Counted from the first letter of the stretch, positions 47,601 through 61,623 are shown. The stretch is DNA of 62,386 bases from Phoronis australis (GCA_002633005.1 NMRA01000276.1:227577-289962), one strand, 5' to 3'. The notes: generated by a model from the sequence alone, not told the origin. Made by a program: numbers and translations.

Positions 47601-50600
47601 CTATAGTAACATCTTCAATTTATCAATAAGATCCAACAATCCTGAAAAATCATTGTGCGCAGAAGTTGTAGACCACGAGCCTCGCCGCTATGTCAGTATG
47701 TAGCCGTGACTTTACACTTCAAACTTCCGCCGTGCTTCAAAAAGAACGCAAATTTTGCTGATCTTGCGCTTATTGTAACCCAAGGCAGTTGAAACCTGGT
47801 CTCGGAAACGGGTGAAATCGGAAGCTAAGATTCATCATATCTACGCTCTGTGACGTATCTGTAATCTATGAAAGACTTTCTACAAAATGGTGGTGCATTG
47901 CTATAAAACTTAGCTGTTGAATTACGGTCATTTTACGGAAAATTGTGCTGAATCCCCAGGGCGTAAACTCGCTGACTGACTGCCTCGCGATTGTCGAAAT
48001 AGCAACTTCAATGCTTGAATAAAAATAGTTGCAACTCATGCAAATTACCTGAAATTTTCCTTAAGTTTTCCAAATAGTGTCCCTAAGATTTTTTAATTCC
48101 CGGTGAGTCGGGATTAACGGCAGCAGCCCAAATCTGCTAGATCGTGCCACCTATGATTGCAGACCTATCCGCAACACAAGAAAAATCTGCCGGGACGAAC
48201 ACACATGTTGTTGTCATGTGACGTTTGTTTTGAAGGTCCTCTACGTCATTGTCTTGCTGATTCCCTGCGTGCTTAACCCAGCCAATACGCAGGTATCAGT
48301 GGCACGCGCTTTAGCATTGGTCGATGTAATCTCGGCAGTCATTGGTAAGCTTTACAACACCGTGAAAAAATGGCAGTCTGTGAACGATTTTTAGCCTTGT
48401 CATGCAAGTGGCGTCGCAGCAACTATTTCGTTTCTGCAGTGATGTTTAATAGCCACATGCTTGAAGCACATACATGTACAATAAACACATCTGACCGATT
48501 TAACCGGTGTGTCAGGCCTTCATGCAGCGTACGTCCTGGGCGTCCAAATGGACGGCCTAGCACTAATGTGGACGCTCTGGCAAGGACGCCCAATGTATCA
48601 TTTGGACGCCCTGTCAATCAGAATTTCTCCAGTTTGGACACCCACATTGTAAGATTACTAAGACTCCCAGTTAATCAAAGAGAGAAGTTGGCCCTTTCAA
48701 CTCAGAAAGAAATATACAACGTATTTCAAATGTTGCAATGTTCAAACTATTTTCAAAGTATTTGGTAGACCTGTCAATCATTAGCACGTGTTTGGTTGCC
48801 AGAGTGTCTGCTTTCAGTAGACTCATGTGCCACTGCAATTCTGTACTTTATATAGGGACATGGACCTTGCTCAACTCCAAACTGGTGTTTCAGAGCTGTA
48901 GTTTCATGTACTTCATCTTTTTTTGAAAACACCAAAAGCGAAATAAATGTTATTATTTTAATAATATGATGTGCCGCAAGAATATCCCCATTTAAAATGT
49001 TTGAGTTTTCGCCCGTTTCATGCTTTTGTATGTGCGTCTAAAATGGAGCAGCAGTGACACCTGTTGCCAAAATATAAGCCACACATCATCTGTGCATTTT
49101 TCTTTTGTTGATAACTGCAGCTTTGATGACTCATTGTACAGAATATAAAGCTAGTGAAGTTGATATAATAAACTTTATTACAGAATTTGACTTGAGATGA
49201 CCAAAAACAGTGCACTCATCGTTCAACCAATATCTGTAATATCTGTAATACCTGTTTGGTAAGCTTTTTGGNGGGGAAGGGGAGGGTAATGCGTCGTTGG
49301 AATCATGGACGCCCTGGAATATTGGGAACCCATTTTGGACACCCTATGTTCGAAATCCTGGATGAAGCCCTGCGGTGTGTTATTCATACTGTATGAATAT
49401 AGGACATTATCGTAAACAAAAGTCATGGGCAGTAGAAAGATGCATTCCGAAAAGGCGCAATCACAATTTCTAGGCTTCACGTTTCGTGAACATGAATTTT
49501 AAGCACCGATTTGTCTGTACACCAGACCACATTAACACTTCAGTCCGTCAGTGCCAGTTTGTTTGCGTAAAGCGCTGCCTGTTGAGAATTCGACTAGCCA
49601 ATCAGAAACGCCAGTGTAAAAAAATTTCCCAAGGAAATTTAAGTGATACCTGCGTGCTGGCGCAGCTACCGCCCCATCTAGCGGCATGCAGGGAACCAGC
49701 AAGCATCATTGTGGGAGTAAGCGAGCGCGTGCGTGTCAGGAGAGTTCATGTATTTGCCAGACAGAGGAAATGCAATTTAGCAAGCTTGATGTGCATGGTA
49801 TCGAAAGAAATTTGCCCATCAGTAAAGCAGAACACGTTTCATTCAGCACTTGCCGGTCTCATCTTCCAAAAATCATTCGACAATTGTGTCGGTAAGGCCC
49901 ATATTAGTCGCCGTGTGGCTAGATGCGTAGGTGACTGTCTGACAGTTACTTTTCGAGTGTAAGGGTGTGTAAGCATTCACTGTCAGTAGTCATTTCATCG
50001 GATATTTGGATTTAAAAACACCAATTATGGTTAATTGAAGAATCCCTCCTAAAAATAACGCTAAAGTCTTTTTGGTATTAGAAACTGTCGGAAATTAGTG
50101 CCAATATTTATTTCTTGCCGATGCTATGCTATCTGTTGTGAATAGATTGGTCCCGAAGATTAATGTCTGCAATGACAGGTGTTGAGAACGCGCTTCCTGG
50201 CCACGTGTTTTTAACGCCAAATTTTGTCTTCGATTCGCGATTTTTATATGTACAAAGAAATTTGGAATCCTGTTGAGGGAGAAGTTATGGAATCAATCGT
50301 GTTGACACGTACGCTGTGTCTGTCCTTAGGGCCATAGTGGTGCACGTTCCTCGCAAAATCAACAAAACTTGCATTCTGTTTAGAGCACGTTGGAAGTTTG
50401 AAGTCTATAGTGATGACTGACACATAGGGGCAAGGCTGGTGGTATAGAAACTCCGAGCACAATGATTTTTTCAGGACTGCCAGATCTTGATGACAAATTG
50501 AAGACGGTACTGTAGGTAAGGCATTTTTCGCCATGTGTACGTTTGTGGACTGGGCGCTTATTTCAGCAAAGTCTGAAAACGCGTGGGGGGTGCTTATAGG

Positions 50601-53600
50601 GGCATGGGCGGTTATTAGGGAGAATACGGTACTGGCACTTATTTCCTTCTGATACCGGAAAAAAACATTTGCGTTATTTTTAAGGGGGAATTATATAATT
50701 AGCCGTAATTGGTGTTTTTAATGTAAAATAACTCATTGATAATGAACACCTCCGCACCCTTACGCCGCCCCCCCCCCCGAGTCTCCTGAAAAATAACTGT
50801 TAGACTGTCACGCATCCAGTCACCTGGTGACAATGACATCGGCTACCGAGACAATGTCTCGAACTTTTTTTAGCTAAATAAAACACGTTCTGCTTTACTG
50901 CTTGTGTTAATTATTTAGTTATAGTGCACACCTAGTTTGTTGCATCGCGTTTACTCTGGCAAATGAAATCTGATGACACGCACACGTTCGCTCTCTCACA
51001 CAATACGCAGACGAACTTCAAAACAAACATCACGTGACCACAACGTGTGTTCGTACAGAGAGTATTAAATTCGTTACTAAGCTGTGTTAATTTACTTTCT
51101 CGGGCCAACTCGGGCAGTTGTATGACGAAGTGCTGGGTTCACAAAAAGCTACTGTCTGACCTTACATGTCAGTGTCAAAAGGCCTGTTGTGTGTGAACGA
51201 CACCGATGATTTACAACCATCTGCAAAATTCAACGCAACTATGTGGACTAGTTATCGCCGGTAACCTGTTAATTTTACACAAGGAAAAGTGTAGTTTTTA
51301 AAGACATTAATTTTGTGTCATACCAGTTGACTGTTGTGATTTTTAAATTTTTTCAAGTTGTAACAGAGGAGTATCAATACACAACGTGTAATACTATAAC
51401 AGAGATGAGTTTCATTACACAACGTTTAATACTATAACAGAGAGAAGTCTCAATACACAACATGTAATACTGTTTATTTCAGGTTGCGGAACTCTTTACA
51501 TACTTGACGTGATTGGTGATGGAATCGTTTGTGTAAACTCATTTGATTGGAATGATGGGTTGTTTGATGTTACTTGGAGTGAAAACAATGAAAACGTTGT
51601 AGTGACTTGCTCAGGTGATGGTAGTCTTCAAGTGTGGGATGATAGTCAACCAAAAGTAAGTTCATTTATAGCATTACTTTGAAAATAAGTAAGCAGTGCA
51701 GTTTTCACAATGATGCACTGAAGCTCTCGTAGTGCAAGTGACATCCAGGTATACATCTTGTTATGTCCAAATACATCCAGGGGTACATCTAGTTATGTCC
51801 AAACATCCAGGTATACAATTACATCTAGTTATGTCCAAATACATCCAGGGGTACATCTAGTTGTGTCCAAATACATCCAGGGGTACATCTAGTTGTGTCC
51901 AAATACATTCAGGGGTACATCTAGTTATGTCCAAATACATCCAGGGGTACATCTAGTTATGTCCAAATACATCCAGGGGTACATCTAGTTATGTCCAAAT
52001 ACATCCAGGGGTACATCTAGTTATGTCCCAAATACATCCAGGGCTACATCTAGTTATGTCCAAATACATCCCGGTATACATCTAGTCATGTCCAAATACG
52101 TCCAGGAGTACATCTAGTTATGTCCAAACATCCAGGTATACATCTAATTATGTCCAAATACATGGTCTTGATGTTGGAAAGTATTTAAAAGTACACCAAA
52201 CCTAGTTTTGGCCTATGAACACAAATTGAAAATGATTTTCCCATCCAGTTTGAAAACAATGCTCTGTAACCATCAGCAACCCTCCAGGGTTTAGTAGCCT
52301 TTTAACTAGTAATGTTTGTCATAGGAATTGTTTCATGTCAGAACTTGGACAAAGATTGGCATAGTAATGTCACTCCATTTTGTCACTGTCAATTTGTCCA
52401 ACAGGTATCAAGGTGCCATGGTACACATCCTGCTTCTCAGTAATGTCACTCCATTTTGTCACTGTCAGTTTGTCCAACAGTGCTGAAAAATATACGAACG
52501 TTTCATGCTTGGTTGTTTGTAATTAATATTTGGATATGCCAATCTTTGTTCAACCCTGTAACAATAAAACAATATTTACTATACAATAGAACCAGGTTGA
52601 AACTCACAGTATATGATTTACATACGTTTGCAACATTATTTGTACGTTGAGAACAAATTACACTTGATTAGCAATCCATCTATATTATTAATCAGTTTAG
52701 TAATACACATTCTTGGTAAATATATACGGATAAACAACTGAATGAGGAAACACCTACTAAATCAATGTAAGTCGTATGCTTTCCACTGTCTTTAGATTAA
52801 AAATTCTCACAACTGAAATATAAAATGGTCCATAAGTGTCGACAGTGGATCACTGTAATGCTAAAGTAAACAACACAAACTACACTAGCTGAAGTCTTTA
52901 TCAAAATAGAGCCACACTCAAACGGAACAACATGGCCACTGTACAACACCCTTAAAAAGTCATCCAAAACCAACTGCATTTAATCATAAAAAATATAGAA
53001 AGCACATCAGACTGGATGCAACTTTAAATATAAGTTTCTCATGTAAATGCTAAAAATCTCAAAAGTAGACAAATTGCAAATCTCACCTAACATGGCAAAC
53101 ACCAGCTCCAATCCACAACCTTTCCCATGCACTGCGGAAACTAGAATGCAGTCAAAAGCAGGTCTGGCTCAATACCTCTATTTGGCAGAATATAGAACCG
53201 GTTTAAACCAGTTACCAACGCATCTTCTATTTGACATTAGCACCCAAAACAGCACCCTTACTTACCAGCATAGACCAATGATCTATCGGTGACACTCCTG
53301 CACACCCAAGCTTGACAACCCTGGATCAAATCCCGAAAACACTAAATTTTTTACATAAATAATTTCTAAAATATACCACTATCACATATCTACTTTACCC
53401 TTTCTGTGTTGTGAAAGTGGAGACAACATCACATTTACTGTAGAAATCCTTGCTTTGCTTAGTTAGCTCATGTTTTATACCAAACTTTCCTCACTACTGA
53501 AACCTTGCTTCCGTCTGTTATAAAAACAAATATTTTTTTTAAATTGACCCAGAAATAAAGCTTTAAATCCTTCAAAATGTTTGTAGCATGCTGTCTAAAA

Positions 53601-56600
53601 ACCTGTCTTTGAGCCACTCAGAACACTGCTGAAGAACCAATTATCCTGCATATGTTTGGAAATGCGTGTTTTCCTACTTAGCGGATTATTCACATAATGT
53701 GTATTTGAGTTGTGTTAGCGATCATAATTATTTAGGTGTTCCAGTGTGTTGCGAGTCATCAACCCCTGTATTGGATCAGACCGTGACATCAGTCCGCTGC
53801 TGGTGATCAGACCGTCACGTCAGTCCCCTGTTTAGGATCAGAGGTACCTAAGACACCACCCTATTAGGCATCAGGACTAACATCAGCCCCAGCATGCATA
53901 CATTGAGGATAAGGGTTGTAAAGCTTGAAATGTTTAGCAGCCCTTCATTAACACAAACTTTGTTGAAGACATGACACTGTACTTCTTGTTTGACAGCTTG
54001 ATACAATTAGTCGCTCATAGTCTCGAAACAGTCTCCTATCTTCAGGCATGCTGCTATGTCACAGCAAAACGCCAAGACATAACAGGCAAACAAGTTAAAA
54101 CACTGTAACTATTTCAAGACCACATGTCTCACCATCAGGCAATGAATGAAATGAACATATACGAAACTGTTTATTTCGCTTCGTATATGTTCCCTTTACT
54201 CATTGCCTAATGACAAAGATACTATATCCCAAGATGGCCGTCCTAGTGTAATTTGCCTAGTCACACATTTTGGAACAGCCCCATCTATTAGCTGGAGACC
54301 AAGTTATATTCGGAGACCCTCAAACCAGGGCCCGGTCTCCAATCTCCGTACTCAGACTCATACTCATACTCTAGATTTCATACTCAAAATTGTCCTCACT
54401 GGAGTCGTACTCAAAAAAGCGTATCTAATGTCGTATTTCGAGTAGACTCCAAACGTACTCAAATCTGACACTCATACTCGAGTTGCTATGGAACTCTTTA
54501 TGATGTGAAATGCAAAATCACGCAAAGCCGCGCTGATTCATCGCTCCCTATTGGAATAGACCACCCCAAGAACTCGGCCTACATTATCGTCTGCTGTCGC
54601 TACAACTACAAGAGTATGTCTATAATGTGGAATTCTGAGTGTTCTGTAACTTTTATTCATTTTATTAGTTTCAATAAATATTCTTATGCCATTTCTTTGA
54701 TACATTTGGCAATTATTAAGCTTTACTTTTTGAGTTCCTCACCCAGTCCCGAAAATGTCTTAAGAAATATGTAACAGCTTATCACATCACATCTCTGTTG
54801 CTAGTTTAGTCTTGACATAAAACCCATTGCTGTGTAGGCCTACGCTGATGTCAAACTTTGATACTGTATATTTGTATTTTACCGGGATGTGTCAAGTGAG
54901 TTGACGTTTGGCACGTGAGTTAAAAATTAATACTTGTGCAGGCATTCAGAGTTTACCATTGGCAGTGAACGGGACGAGACGTCTACTTAGAAATCGGCAA
55001 ACAAAATCTGGAATTCCATTTGAGGATTGAGGAATTATAGATGATTAAGTTATGATGTGAAATGTACCTGACAGGGAAGCGAACTTTTTTTAACTTCCCT
55101 CTCCTCCACATCTTTTGGAAACCCTACAAAACGTAGGCACACATACCGAAATCAGGGCAGCACAAACTTCTCACATGACTTTTCCCACAACTGCTTTCGA
55201 CGCTTGTTATGACTCGCCGNNNNNNNNNNNNNNNNNNNNNNNNNNNNNNNNNNNNNNNNNNNNNNNNNNNNNNNNNNNNNNNNNNNAAACTTGAAATTTG
55301 AGCATAGACTCCGAATTTTTACTCAAAATCGTACTCGAAATATAGATGAGATACACTTCAGTTCGAGTACACTCGAAAACTGAGTACGTGCTCGAAATTT
55401 CGAGTACAGATTTTTCGAGTATGACATTGAATACACCAAAGCTGAGTCTGTACTCCAGTTGAGTATGAAGTGTGAGTTTGAGCATGATTCGAGTCTGAGT
55501 ACGGAGATTGGAGACCGGGCCCTGGTCTGAGCCTGTGGTGAATATTATAACTAACTTGAATAAAAAAAGTTTTTTTTAGACATAAAACCAACTTTGATGA
55601 ATTATATTTATAATTTACTTGAGGAAAACATAATTTTTGATGATGTTTTGGCCAATATGATAATTATTGTGATGCAATAACACTAGAATGAAATCAAATG
55701 CCATTCCAATGAATAACAAAATTTTTCAGACCCCTTTGTAAGCATAGCAATACGATGCAATATCAATCTTGAGGAAACATTTGTATTTACGTGGAAGTGT
55801 ATGCAATTATGATAATATTTAATTATTATAATATTTAACTGTAATTGACTAAGACTTTGCCAGGGCTAAGACTGGTATGAAACCAAGCGCCTGAATTCAA
55901 TAGAATGACATTTTCCACATGGTTTTCTAAGTATAGCTACAGAATCAAGTAAATACAACATTAATTTATATAATATTTTAGCATAATATTTTATCATATA
56001 TTACGTAATATTTATATCATAGTTCTTGTTGCTGAAAGACACAGAATAAAATAAATATGAATAATAAATAATACTCACTACATAAACAAAAGTAGAGTAA
56101 TAATAAATAAGAGCATGTGGATCAATATCATTTTTTATTCTAACTTTGTAACACATCAGTTCAAAAGACATTACAAGCATTGTAATTTTAACACACAATT
56201 GATAAATTGTATGAAAACAACATTTTATGTTTAAAATACATTATACAATACATGTCAATACAAATATCTCAGCTATGAGACCTAGCACTTCTACAGTACT
56301 AAAGTTCTAGAATAACTGCAATATTAAAAACAATAAATTTGATTTTGCCAACATTCCAATAGTTGTCAGGGATAATGTATGTGGTTCGAGGCAACATACA
56401 CCACCATGCGGTACAATGAAAATGTTACCAAGAAAACTTTTCCCACTTATACTGCTTAGTCTACTTCAGACTAATCAGTCAATGTTATATGACTATTGAC
56501 CATTTCATATGAAGACAATGGCATCAATACAACTCCTTGGGCATTAACTTCAAACTGTATCTCAGGGTAAAATTAATGCGAATCCCCAAAGTTATCAAAA

Positions 56601-59600
56601 AATATATAGTTTAACAGGTTCACAGTAGCCCTTAGTTTTGAGTTTTACAATTTATACACGCTCTCCTTGGGTCTTCACCAGGACTAATACAATAGTACAG
56701 CAACTCTGATGTCACATAGACATGCCCCTTAGAATTTATACTTCAAAGAGAGTTTTGCCAGACAAAAATGAGACCAATTTCCACAAGTAGTTAGTATGAA
56801 AGACACACATTCTGATAGGTTGTGGAGTGTAGCAAGTACATGCACGCGCACCAGCCAGCCTAAAATGGGGTCTCGAAATTTTGAGAGTGTGTACCTATAA
56901 CTAAGATTGGTGGAAGTGGACTTTTGTCTCGTTTTCTACTTTTTTGAGTTTTTGTTTCTCTGGGGCAAACCTTTTTGTCCATTACGCCAAATGAGGGGGC
57001 TCGTTCGAGCCCCAGAGCCCCCTGTATGCGGGCACGGGAAACAAGCTGTGTGGGTACAGCAGAATGTATCAAAGAATAAGGTTTGTTTACTGTTTTCAGA
57101 AAGAAGTTGACTCAATAATCCCTGTTTAGGGTACATATTCTTCAGCAAGATAGCCAGAGGTACGCGTATCCTGTGATAATACAGAGTAGTGCCTGTGAAC
57201 TTCATACTAACACATCAAATCAGACTGTTTACACTAAAACAACAGTTTCTTATTTTAGTTGATAAGTGAATTGCTACTCTTGGATATGGCGACTACACAA
57301 TCGTAGGTTATGTAGCTCTTCTAAGGATTTCCCTGCTAGGTCAGATCTATGCATACTCTGCACCCAACTCGCACAACTAAAATTGAACCGTACACTGAGA
57401 AATAGCCTACACGCCAACAAACAACATCATTAAATTGTGCAAGCTTGCAAACATTCTCCAATAAACATGGCCATGTAAGAGCTATCTCATCCCAGTTTTT
57501 ACACTGTAAACAAGGCCAGCTGACCAGCACACTGGGTCTGACCCTGTAACCTGAACTGTAGACTACACAAACTAGTCTTCTTTAACCAAACACAGCTGAT
57601 ACAACTCCACTTCAATTGTGTTACATTCCTGGCAGAAGGTATGCAGCCACTACCAAATGAGTCTCATAAGACAATGCTGTAGGCCTCAGTACTGTCAACT
57701 ACAAGTAACTATCCCTAATAGGTAGGCCTGCTACTATTATTCTACTGCAGTACTGACTCCTGTTCTCCGATCAGCACTTGCCAGTAGTAGTGTGATGGAA
57801 TATATAATGAATATACACTTGCCTCTCCTTATCTTTAGGCAAGCGAAACAAAGTATTTTGTAAGCACCAGAGGACACACTGGCATTACAGTCATCCATGT
57901 TATTATGCTGTATTTGAGCGCCTTCTAGAAGGTGGCGCTACTTGTAACGCCGTGACATATTTAGGTCATAAGTCGGAGATCTTGGGTAACTATAAAATCT
58001 TTGCTAATGATGAGAGATGTGGTCTCAAAATATAGCTAGTGTTGTTTTGCTATAAAGCTGCACGATTGAAGATAGGAGACTGTTTAGAAACTATGAGCAA
58101 GTTTGTATTAAGCTGTCAAACAAAAAGTATTGTCGTGTCTTCAAGAAAAGGATAAGGGGTGAATGAAAATTTATCTTAAATGTTCTTTTCAATACAATTT
58201 GTGAAAATATTATTGGTTTGTACATTCTAAAGTTTAAATGTAAATCGATGTCTCATGATTTCAGGGTCCCTCAAAGGTTTTCAAAGAACATGTAAAGGAA
58301 GCACACAGTGTTGACTGGAGTCAGGTCAGGGGAGATAACTTTGTTGTTTCGGCTTCATGGGACAAAACATGCAAGTTGGTAAGCTGGTCATAGTGTGCTA
58401 CATTATTTGATGCAGTGACTCTTACAAAACAATTAAGAATTCAGTAAATAGTAAAGACGTTCTCTCACTTATGTCATTAAGTTGGATCAATTTAAATATT
58501 GAGTGTACATGACAATATAATGAATCAGAGACTCTAAACTCCCCACATCTGCTTTGCAGTCTGTTTTCCTCAAAAATCCCATCCTTCCATCCCTTCATTG
58601 CCAGCTGTGATGATACTTGTTGGATACCGTCCCTCCAGTCATGTGCTGCTACTTGCTGCATAGCAATGGAGAACAGACCACTGGTCACCTGCATGGAGTG
58701 GACATATTCCAGGGAAAAGGGTCACACTGGGACTTACTAAAGGCATGGATTTCAAGGACCATTGCTTCACTAGCCTAAGGATAACACATTGTGAAGGTCG
58801 TGCTTCTCATTGAGAGGGAGCGACTCGTGAAATGTCATTCTTGCCATGTGTGAAATGTTTTTCATGTCCATGAACTGTGAGTTCAGCATGAAATTACTAA
58901 ATCTGTGTAAGCTGATTGTGCCAGGGGCAGAATTAGTACCGGTAGCTACAGGAGCGGGGGTAAGCTTGAGACTAGGGATAACTGGGGTGGATGATTGGGA
59001 ACCACTGGAAGGGGAGTTAGACTGAGAATTAGGGCTGCTCCTGGTGGTTAATTGGCAGCCACTAGAAGGGGGATAAGCCAGAGAATTAGGGGTGCTTGGG
59101 GTGGATGATTGGCAGCCACTTGAGGAGGTAGTAAGACTGAGAATTAAGGGTGCCCGGGGTTCTGAACTGGGGGCCTTGGGAAAGGAGAGTGAGAGTTAGA
59201 ATTAGGGGTGTCTTGGGTGGTTAATTGGAGACTACTAGAAGTTCGGATAAGGGTTGTTCAGGTGGTTAATTGATGGCTTTTAGAAGGGGGATAAGCCTGA
59301 GAATTAGGGGCCCTCGTGGTGAATAATTGTCAGCCACTGTAAGGGGTTGGAGTTAGACTGAGAATTAGGGGCACCCAGGGTGGTTAATTGACGGTCATTT
59401 TTTTTTAATGTTTATTATGAAATCTTCAGAATAAAATGAATATACATAACCCAGAAAGCGACGGCCATCACGGGTAGCACAAAATTATGACTTGAAAATT
59501 GTGGTCATGTATTGGTCATGTATTTTGAATTTGTTTATTTTACCTTCATGAATTGTGATGCAACTCCCTTCTCCTGCTCCATTGACATTGGCTTGTAACA

Positions 59601-61623
59601 TGTGACTGAATGCTGAATTTTGTCTGGTGTCATTACAGTGGGACATAAATCATGACTCTTCCTTAGTTACGTTTCACGGCCACGAGACTGTGGTTTACAG
59701 TGCAATCTGGTCACCACTTGTACCCAACTGTTTTGCATCTGTTTCAGGTAGTCTATTTCTTCACTTGTTTTAAAGTCACTACAAACTGTGTTACGTGTAC
59801 TACTAGGTCTCTAAGTAAAGCCTAGAATTGTTTTTTTTTGGAAAAGGAACAAGATAGGACTAATTTCATAACAGTACAAGATAGGACGAATTTCATAACA
59901 GAACCACATAGGACTAATTTCATAACAGTACAAGATAGGACTAATTTCATAACAGAACCAGAAAGGACTAATTTCATAACAGTAGTGGGTCGCCTAAATA
60001 AAGTTTATTGCCTGATCTCTGCTGGGAAAATGTTGCTTATTCTATGTATTTGTTTATGATCTCTTCTGTAATTGTAGGTGATCAGACATTGAGAGTATGG
60101 GATATAAAGAAGCCGTACATGCCACAAGTGGTCATTCCTGCCCACGGGAACGAAGTATTAACTTGTGATTGGTCAAAATATGATCAGGTGATTAGATATG
60201 CTTTGAACAGTAAGTTGAGCCACCCACTCTTGTTACAATGCAATGTAATCATGAAAACACCTTGTATGTAGAGCCTGAACACTGCCTTCTCCTTTTAAAG
60301 GCATAGTACACCAAACTACAGTATAATATGTTTTCTATTTATTGGTAGTAGGTATATCGACATCCTTTACCAGAAGATGTTTCCTCATGTTTCTGAGCTG
60401 TTGAGCAAGTCGTGGTGGTGCTATGTTATTGTTGATCCTATGGGCGCCTGAGTCGTGATGTCACAATCAGTATCAAACTGACTGTATAATTCACTTCACA
60501 TTTTTCAAAAGATTCCCTTTGTATTTAGTATTATGAAAAGTGTAACCATTGTGTATTTCTCATCATGATAAGTGAATTGTTACCTAATATTTCAGTCCTG
60601 TTTCTGCCTCTCAAGAGTCTTGTTGTTCAAACCGTCACCACTGTGTTCATCAGCAACAACCTTTACACTGGGGAATTTTTTTTATGAAAACTAAAGTGAT
60701 CTTCATATCCTGTTGCAGTACACGTTGATCACAGGATCAGTAGACACTAGTCTGAGATGTTGGGATCTACGTAACCCTCGACAACACACATATGAGATGA
60801 AAGGACACCAGTATGCTGTTAGAAAACTCAAATGTTCTCCTTTTGAGCCCACTGTACTTGCCTCCTGTTCCTATGATTTCACTGTTAGGTAAGACAGTAA
60901 TTATGGGACCAGCCTGGTCATGTTATTTCACTGTTAGGTAAGACAATAATTATGGGACCAGCCTAATCATGTTGTTTCACTGTTAGGTAAGACAGTAATT
61001 ATGGGACCAGCCTGGTCATGTGATTTCACTGTTAGGTAAGACAGTAATTATGGGACCCGCCTGGTCATGTGTTTTCACTGTTAGGTAAGACAGTAATTAA
61101 GGGACCCGCCTGGTCATGTTGTTCACTGTTAGTTAAGACAGTAATTATGGGACTCACCTGGTCATGTTATTTCACTGTTAGGTAAGACAGTAATTAAGGG
61201 ACCCACCTGGTCATGTTATTTCACTGTTCCTGTTATTCCTGGTCATGTGACAGTTATGGGATTGGGATGCACATGGTGGGCACATATCTACGCTCTGCAT
61301 TGCTGTTGTACATTATAAAAGTCATTCAAAATTATATTTTTTTTCTTTTTAAAGAGTGTGCGTAAATAGAGCAAGGTCAGCCATTTTAGTGTGATACACC
61401 TTCTAGACAAAGGTCAATAGAGTTGGCATGTGAAACAATCTGTCAGACTTAGAGTTTGTGTTTGAAAAGATTGATCTTGAACAATATCTTGTATATTAAT
61501 TTAAACTTTCATCTTCTGGGCAGGTTTTGGGAGTTTTCACAACAGACTTCTCCAATAGAAACTGTAGAGCACCATAGTGAATTTGTGTGTGGACTGGACT
61601 TCAACCTTCACATCCCAGGCCAG
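44536..61623 (+). CDS. PEX7: Peroxisomal PTS2 receptor PEX7 (WD40), 3'-partial: join(44536-44644,51483-51655,58265-58378,59639-59747,60078-60187,60719-60888,61524-61623)
   Basis: Spliced translation gives [100 protein letters not shown], all PEX7 hallmarks. All introns GT-AG and phase-compatible. Confidence 0.97.
44807..46940 (-). mobile_element. Non-autonomous LTR retroelement (TRIM/LARD-like, probably Gypsy-dependent) in PEX7 intron 1
   Basis: 232-bp LTR TGTTGTA..TACAACA at 46709-46940. Second LTR 44807-45439 is interrupted. PBS TGGCGTAGTCGGCA (tRNA-Ser) at 46693-46706. PPT at 45440-45452. 4-bp TSD CTGC. No gag/pol seen in the 1.27-kb interior. Confidence 0.85.
46075..46500. repeat. ~140-bp tandem repeat, 3 units, inside the LTR element
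   Basis: GATAATAAATAAGGGACTTAGTTGTA...ATAAATAAATAAATA. Confidence 0.85.
47489..50629. mobile_element. Tc1/mariner(pogo)-like non-autonomous TIR element
   Basis: TA|CCGTATTCGCCCTAAT ... ATTAGGGAGAATACGG|TA; inner AAATAAGCGCCCAGTCCA also inverted at the other end; TA TSD. Confidence 0.8.
48513..49372. mobile_element. hAT MITE nested in the mariner-like element
   Basis: TIR CAGGCCTTCATGCAG / CTGGATGAAGCCCTG; perfect 8-bp TSD CGGTGTGT. Confidence 0.88.
51483..51655 (+). CDS. PEX7: PEX7 exon 2
   Basis: [42 protein letters not shown]; AG/GTAAGT. Confidence 0.96.
51741..52163. repeat. 32-bp minisatellite, ~13 units
   Basis: ACATCTAGTTATGTCCAAATACATCCAGGGGT. Confidence 0.95.
54326..55524. mobile_element. 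Long-TIR non-autonomous DNA element
   Basis: Perfect inverted repeat CAGGGCCCGGTCTCCAATCTCCGTACTCAGACTC at both ends, followed by TACTC-rich arms; TSD unclear. Confidence 0.8.
55900..57800 (-). mobile_element. Possible highly decayed LINE remnant
   Basis: ORF 57336-57530 (LLENVCK..WRVG..CIDLT) weakly resembles APE endonuclease motifs. Confidence 0.25.
58265..58378 (+). CDS. PEX7: PEX7 exon 3
   Basis: [38 protein letters not shown]; AG/GTAAGC. Confidence 0.96.
58950..59392. repeat. Degenerate G-rich ~55-65-bp tandem repeat
   Basis: Recurrent GAGAATTAGGGG..GGTGGTTAATTGGCAGCCACTAGAAGGGG. Confidence 0.75.
59639..59747 (+). CDS. PEX7: PEX7 exon 4
   Basis: [36 protein letters not shown]. Confidence 0.95.
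59849..59984. repeat. 27-bp tandem repeat, 5 units
   Basis: ACAAGATAGGACTAATTTCATAACAGT. Confidence 0.9.
60078..60187 (+). CDS. PEX7: PEX7 exon 5
   Basis: [37 protein letters not shown]. Confidence 0.95.
60719..60888 (+). CDS. PEX7: PEX7 exon 6
   Basis: [49 protein letters not shown]. Confidence 0.96.
60876..61228. repeat. 49-bp minisatellite, 7 units, containing the PEX7 exon 6 donor
   Basis: TTCACTGTTAG|GTAAGACAGTAATTATGGGACCAGCCTGGTCATGTTAT. Confidence 0.95.
61524..61623 (+). CDS. PEX7: PEX7 exon 7
   Basis: [33 protein letters not shown]; donor GTAAAT. Confidence 0.95.

Noticed and set aside
59029-59370. TTAGGG as interstitial telomere
   Set aside because: Single hexamers inside a longer unit, never tandem
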